Below are positions 60,173 through 64,000 of a DNA stretch of 64,000 bases, piece by piece. Position 1 is the first letter of the stretch. Each line of letters begins with the position of its first letter. The position numbers and the translations under genes are program-made. Origin of the DNA: Chloroflexota bacterium. GTDB lineage: Bacteria; Chloroflexota; UBA11872. The stretch covers positions 20,715 to 84,714 of the forward strand of contig JAPPLN010000008.1 of NCBI GenBank assembly GCA_028874175.1, read 5' to 3'. The notes beneath the pieces were generated by a model. It had not been told where the DNA came from, did no database searches, and saw nothing but the letters and a program-made list of their open reading frames with translations.

Positions 60173-60678
60173 CCGTCGTCGGCGTCGGGCGCCGCATAGA
60201 GCTGAAACGTCTCGGCCGAGTATCGACCGTGCGTCGGCAGATAGTCCCGACGTGTCAGCCCGTTCGTCGACCCCGCGAGGACCGGCAATGCCACCTCCGG
60301 CACCAGTGAGGCGAACCGCTCCGGCTGCGTCCGCAACTGCTCCGCGTTGACGACCAGGGCGTCGTCCGTCTCGTGACCGTTCGGACGAGGTTCGCCCCGC
60401 ACGTACCGCATGCTGAAGATCAAATAGGTGTTCAGCGCGTCCGCATCGACCCGGTGCCGAACCGCGATCAGCGTCTCCGGCTCCGCCGTCACCCCCGCTT
60501 CCTCTTCAACCTCGCGAATCAGCGCCGCTTCCAGCGACTCGCCCGGATCGACCTTGCCGCCCGGGAACATGTAGCGACCCTTGATGTCGCTATACGTCAG
60601 CCGCACCACCAGGATGCCGCCGTCCATTCGCACGAGGCCGCCGACGCCAATGATGTTCCGGTGATCGGACCTCGCCAT
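60169..60678 (-). CDS. NUDIX hydrolase
   Basis: Nudix box GGKVDPGESLEAALIREVEEEAG. Confidence 0.92.
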   Translation of the reverse strand: MARSDHRNIIGVGGLVRMDGGILVVRLTYSDIKGRYMFPGGKVDPGESLEAALIREVEEEAGVTAEPETLIAVRHRVDADALNTYLIFSMRYVRGEPRPNGHETDDALVVNAEQLRTQPERFASLVPEVALPVLAGSTNGLTRRDYLPTHGRYSAETFQLYAAPDADDG

Positions 60679-60719
60679 CGCGCCCAACGCTCAGATGGGC
60701 AGGATATGCGCTCGAGCCG

Positions 60720-61523
60720 TCACCGGAGCCCCGCCGAAATGGTGCGGATCAGTCTGGCCGATTCCTCCACGGCGATCTCGTAGTACTGCCGCCCCAACTC
60801 CACCGTCGCGGCCCGCGCGTCGTCGCTCAGCCCCGTGATTCGGGCCCCGGGGAACGACATATACACCACGTCGGCCACATTCACCGACCCGCCCATCGTC
60901 GACATACCCAGCTTCGGCCACCCGGAACTTCGCGGATCGTCCCGGTCCGCGTGCTTGATCGGCAGCAAGTCGTCGAGCACCAGCTCCGGGTGCAGGTGCA
61001 GCATCAACGACGTCTCGAAATCGCCGCCGTGCCCGGGCACGTGCACCTGGCGGCTGGCCTGCACCGCCTCGAGTCGCGGGCGGGCAATGTCCCAGTAGGC
61101 GCCGGCCGCCACGCGAACGTCCGGGTGTTCCAGCACGAAGTCGCGCGCCGCCTGCTGGATCAACTGGATGTTGCCGCCGTGCCCGTTCAGGATCAGGATG
61201 CGGCGGAATCCGGAAAGCGTCAGGCTCTCCAGCAATTCCAGGAGAACCAGGCTGAACGTGCTGCTCCGCAGGGTCAGCACGCCCGGGAACGGACGGTGAT
61301 GATCGGAGCTGCCGAAGTGCAGCGGCGGACTGACCATCACGTCAAGCTCTCCGGCCGCCTCGGCCGCCCCGCGCGCCACGGCCATGCAGCACATCGTGTC
61401 CAGGCCGATCGGGTTGTGCGGGCCGTGCTGCTCGATCGCCGCCGTGGGCATGATCGCCACGGCATTGGGCGCCCGCGCGCCGACTTCATCGCGGTTCAGA
61501 CGTTCCAGTGCCGTATAGGCCAT
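60720..61523 (-). CDS. Creatininase-family amidohydrolase
   Basis: AIEQHGPH.P...D, G.S.HH..FPG, NGHGGN, H....ETS. Start at ATG 61523. Confidence 0.9.
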   Translation of the reverse strand: MAYTALERLNRDEVGARAPNAVAIMPTAAIEQHGPHNPIGLDTMCCMAVARGAAEAAGELDVMVSPPLHFGSSDHHRPFPGVLTLRSSTFSLVLLELLESLTLSGFRRILILNGHGGNIQLIQQAARDFVLEHPDVRVAAGAYWDIARPRLEAVQASRQVHVPGHGGDFETSLMLHLHPELVLDDLLPIKHADRDDPRSSGWPKLGMSTMGGSVNVADVVYMSFPGARITGLSDDARAATVELGRQYYEIAVEESARLIRTISAGLR

Positions 61524-61683
61524 CGCAAGCCCTCGAAGGGTCGAGTCGGCGAATCGTGCCCCGCCGCGAGAACGCTGGCAAGGCAACCCGAAGTCCGGTC
61601 GAGACTATGCGCCGTGATGGCGTCGGCAGCGGCGTGCCTGACCAACCTCGCGGGGCCTGACCGTTGCACACGCCGCCGGCGGC

Positions 61684-64000
61684 CTACCCGGCGGCCACAC
61701 CCTCCGCCGCCGGCTCATCCACCGCCTCGGCCTCGGGTCCGGCAACCGTGTCGAACCTGAACTCACCGTCCGCCGCGTCCACTCGGACCGTGCTGCCGGC
61801 TCCGCATTCGTTCTTGAGCAGCAGGCGCGCGATCACGTTCTCGATCTCGCGCTGCATGGTTCGCCGCAGCGGACGCGCCCCGTAGTTCGGATCCCAGCCC
61901 ATCGCCAGCACCAGGTCCTTGGCTGCGGTGGTCAATTCAACGGCGATCCGCTGCCCTTCCAGCCGCGCCGCCAGTTGCGAGGCCATCAGGTCCACGATCT
62001 CTCGCAGCTGCGGCTGCGTCAGCGAGTGGAAGATGATGATCTCGTCGATCCGGTTCAGGAACTCCGGCCGGAAGCGCCGCCGCAGGTCGGTCATCAGGCG
62101 CGCGCGCATCTCGCGGTAGTCGCGCGCTTCGGACGCCGCGTCGTCGCCCGCCGAAAGGCCGAATCCAAGCTGGTTTTCCCGCCGGATGTGCTGCGCCCCA
62201 ACGTTCGACGTCATGATGATGATCGTGTTGGAAAAGTTGACCTGGCGGCCGTGGCCGTCCGTTAGCCGGCCGTCGTCCAGCACCTGCAGAAGCACGTTGA
62301 ACACCTCGGGGTGCGCCTTTTCGATCTCGTCGAACAGCACCACCTGGTACGGACGTCGGCGCACCCGCTCGGTCAGTTGGGCGGCGTCGTCGTACCCCAC
62401 GTACCCCGGCGGCGCCCCAATCAGGCGGCTGACGGTGTGCCGCTCGCCGTACTCGGACATGTCCACCCGCAGCAGAGCGGCTTCGTCGTCGAACATGAAC
62501 TCGGCCAGCGCCCGCGCCAGTTCGGTCTTCCCGACCCCCGTCGGCCCCAGGAAGATGAAGGATCCCATCGGCCGCGACGGGTCACCGATCCCGCTGCGCG
62601 ACCGTCGAATCGCGTCGGCCACCGCCGACACCGCCTCGTCCTGGTTGATCAGGCGGCGGTGCAGCGCCGTCTCCATCCCCAGCAGGCGCTCGGCCTCCTC
62701 CTCGAACATTCGCGCGACCGGCACGCCCGTGATGCTCGACACCACCTCCGCCACGTCGTCCGCGTTCACGGTCTCGGTCAGGTCCTGCTCGGCCAGCCAC
62801 TTCTTGCGGGCCGACTCCAGCTGTGCCTCGTTCTGCAGGACTTCGGACTTCAAGTTGGCCGCGCGCTCGTAGTCGCGCCGCCGCCAGGCCGCCTCTTCCT
62901 CGGCCTTCAGGTCCTCGATCACCTTCATGGCCTGCCGCAGCTCGGGCGGCGCGTCGAAGATGTCCACCCGCACCTTGGCCGCCGCCTCGTCGATCAGGTC
63001 GATGGCCTTGTCCGGCAGGAAACGCTCCGTCAGATAGCGCTCCGAGAACTCCACGGCCGCCTGCAGCGCTTCGTCGCTGATCGTCAGCCCGTGATGTTCC
63101 TCGTAGCGGTCGCGCAAGCCCTCCAGCACCTGCACCGTATCCTCGATGCTCGGCGCCTCGATATGCACCGACTGGAAGCGCCGCGCCAGGGCCTTGTCCT
63201 TTTCTACGTGCTGCCGGTACTCATCGAGCGTGGTCGCGCCGATCGCCTGCAACTCGCCCCGCGCCAGCGCCGGCTTGAGCATCGTGGCCGCGTCGATCGC
63301 GCCCTCGGCTCCGCCCGCGCCCACGGCCTGGTGCAGCTCGTCGAAGAACAGGATGATCTGCCCTTCCGAGGCTCGAACTTCGTTGATGACGGCTTTCAGC
63401 CGCTCTTCGAACTCCCCCCGGAACTTGGCGCCTGCCAGCATGGCTCCCATGTCGATGGCCAGCACCTCGCGTCCCCGCAGTAGTTCCGGCACGTCGCCGC
63501 TGGCAATCCGCTGCGCCAGGCCTTCCACGATGGCCGTCTTGCCCACGCCGGGCTCCCCGATCAACGCCGGATTGTTCTTGGTTCGCCGCGCCAGCACCTG
63601 GATCACTCGCCGGATCTCGGCCACCCGTCCGATCACGGGGTCCAGCCGCCCCGCGCGGGCCAGGTCCGTCAGGTTGACGCTGTACTTTTCCAGCACCTCG
63701 TACCGGCTCTCCGCGCTCGGCGTGGACGAGCGCTGCGCGCCGCGAATCTCCCGCAGCGCCCGGTACACGCTTTCCGGGTCCACCCCAATCGAGCGCAGGG
63801 TGCGCCCCGCCTGCGAATCCTGCGACTTCGTCAGCGCCAGCAGCAGGTGCTCGTTGCCCACGTACTCGTCGTCCAGCCGGTCGGCTTCCTCACCCGCCGC
63901 CTGGATGATCCCAACGGCCTGCGGCGTCACGAACATCTGGCCCTGCGCGATCGGACCGTCGGACTGGTCCGAGGTCACCCGCGGCTTGGCGCCCAGGGCC
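61684..64000 (-). CDS. clpC: ATP-dependent Clp protease ATPase subunit, ClpC-type; 5' end outside the window
   Basis: Two AAA+ modules ([16 protein letters not shown]), a short UVR-type middle domain and the ClpP-docking LGF loop. Confidence 0.88.
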   Translation of the reverse strand, partial: ALGAKPRVTSDQSDGPIAQGQMFVTPQAVGIIQAAGEEADRLDDEYVGNEHLLLALTKSQDSQAGRTLRSIGVDPESVYRALREIRGAQRSSTPSAESRYEVLEKYSVNLTDLARAGRLDPVIGRVAEIRRVIQVLARRTKNNPALIGEPGVGKTAIVEGLAQRIASGDVPELLRGREVLAIDMGAMLAGAKFRGEFEERLKAVINEVRASEGQIILFFDELHQAVGAGGAEGAIDAATMLKPALARGELQAIGATTLDEYRQHVEKDKALARRFQSVHIEAPSIEDTVQVLEGLRDRYEEHHGLTISDEALQAAVEFSERYLTERFLPDKAIDLIDEAAAKVRVDIFDAPPELRQAMKVIEDLKAEEEAAWRRRDYERAANLKSEVLQNEAQLESARKKWLAEQDLTETVNADDVAEVVSSITGVPVARMFEEEAERLLGMETALHRRLINQDEAVSAVADAIRRSRSGIGDPSRPMGSFIFLGPTGVGKTELARALAEFMFDDEAALLRVDMSEYGERHTVSRLIGAPPGYVGYDDAAQLTERVRRRPYQVVLFDEIEKAHPEVFNVLLQVLDDGRLTDGHGRQVNFSNTIIIMTSNVGAQHIRRENQLGFGLSAGDDAASEARDYREMRARLMTDLRRRFRPEFLNRIDEIIIFHSLTQPQLREIVDLMASQLAARLEGQRIAVELTTAAKDLVLAMGWDPNYGARPLRRTMQREIENVIARLLLKNECGAGSTVRVDAADGEFRFDTVAGPEAEAVDEPAAEGVAAG

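Noticed and set aside
60720-61523. Mycofactocin peptidase MftE
   Set aside because: No mft genes or precursor peptide nearby; only the family-level call is supportable.
50900-64000. Apparent increase in C-richness on the + strand (possible island or skew change)
   Set aside because: Visual impression only and not quantifiable here; the genes are housekeeping-like, with no integrase, tRNA or boundary repeats.

Overview
High-GC, very compact bacterial region, most likely from a fast-evolving Chloroflexota lineage. This is inferred from the split gcvPA/gcvPB, the S12 insertion, the S10 [10 protein letters not shown] loop, the long beta-prime N-terminal insertion and the rpoBC-str-S10-spc-alpha-L13 fusion. 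From left to right the window holds: gcvH-gcvPA-gcvPB; mazG; peptidases, a DUF62 SAM hydrolase, an M50 protease, an HD protein and scpAB; a 40-gene minus-strand superoperon from rpoB to rpsI; grpE-dnaJ-prmA-HIT with no dnaK; a glycosylation cluster (rfbD, five GTs, a WaaL/O-OTase-like ligase, an initiating sugar-P transferase) that overlaps a Tat-exported NHL-repeat lipoprotein gene; miaB; a second Tat lipoprotein; an Eis-like GNAT; NUDIX; a creatininase-family hydrolase; and a partial clpC. I saw no rRNA, tRNA, CRISPR array or mobile element. The best leads are a possible protein O-glycosylation module encoded next to its acceptor, insertions or extensions in S3, S10, S14 and IF1, two Pol II-like substitutions in the RpoC bridge helix and trigger loop, a natural S12 K88R allele, a structured ~310-nt rpoB leader, a catalytically dead M28/PA lipoprotein, and three convergent gene pairs sharing a CTAG stop overlap. 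All calls come from motif recognition by eye; no searches were run.
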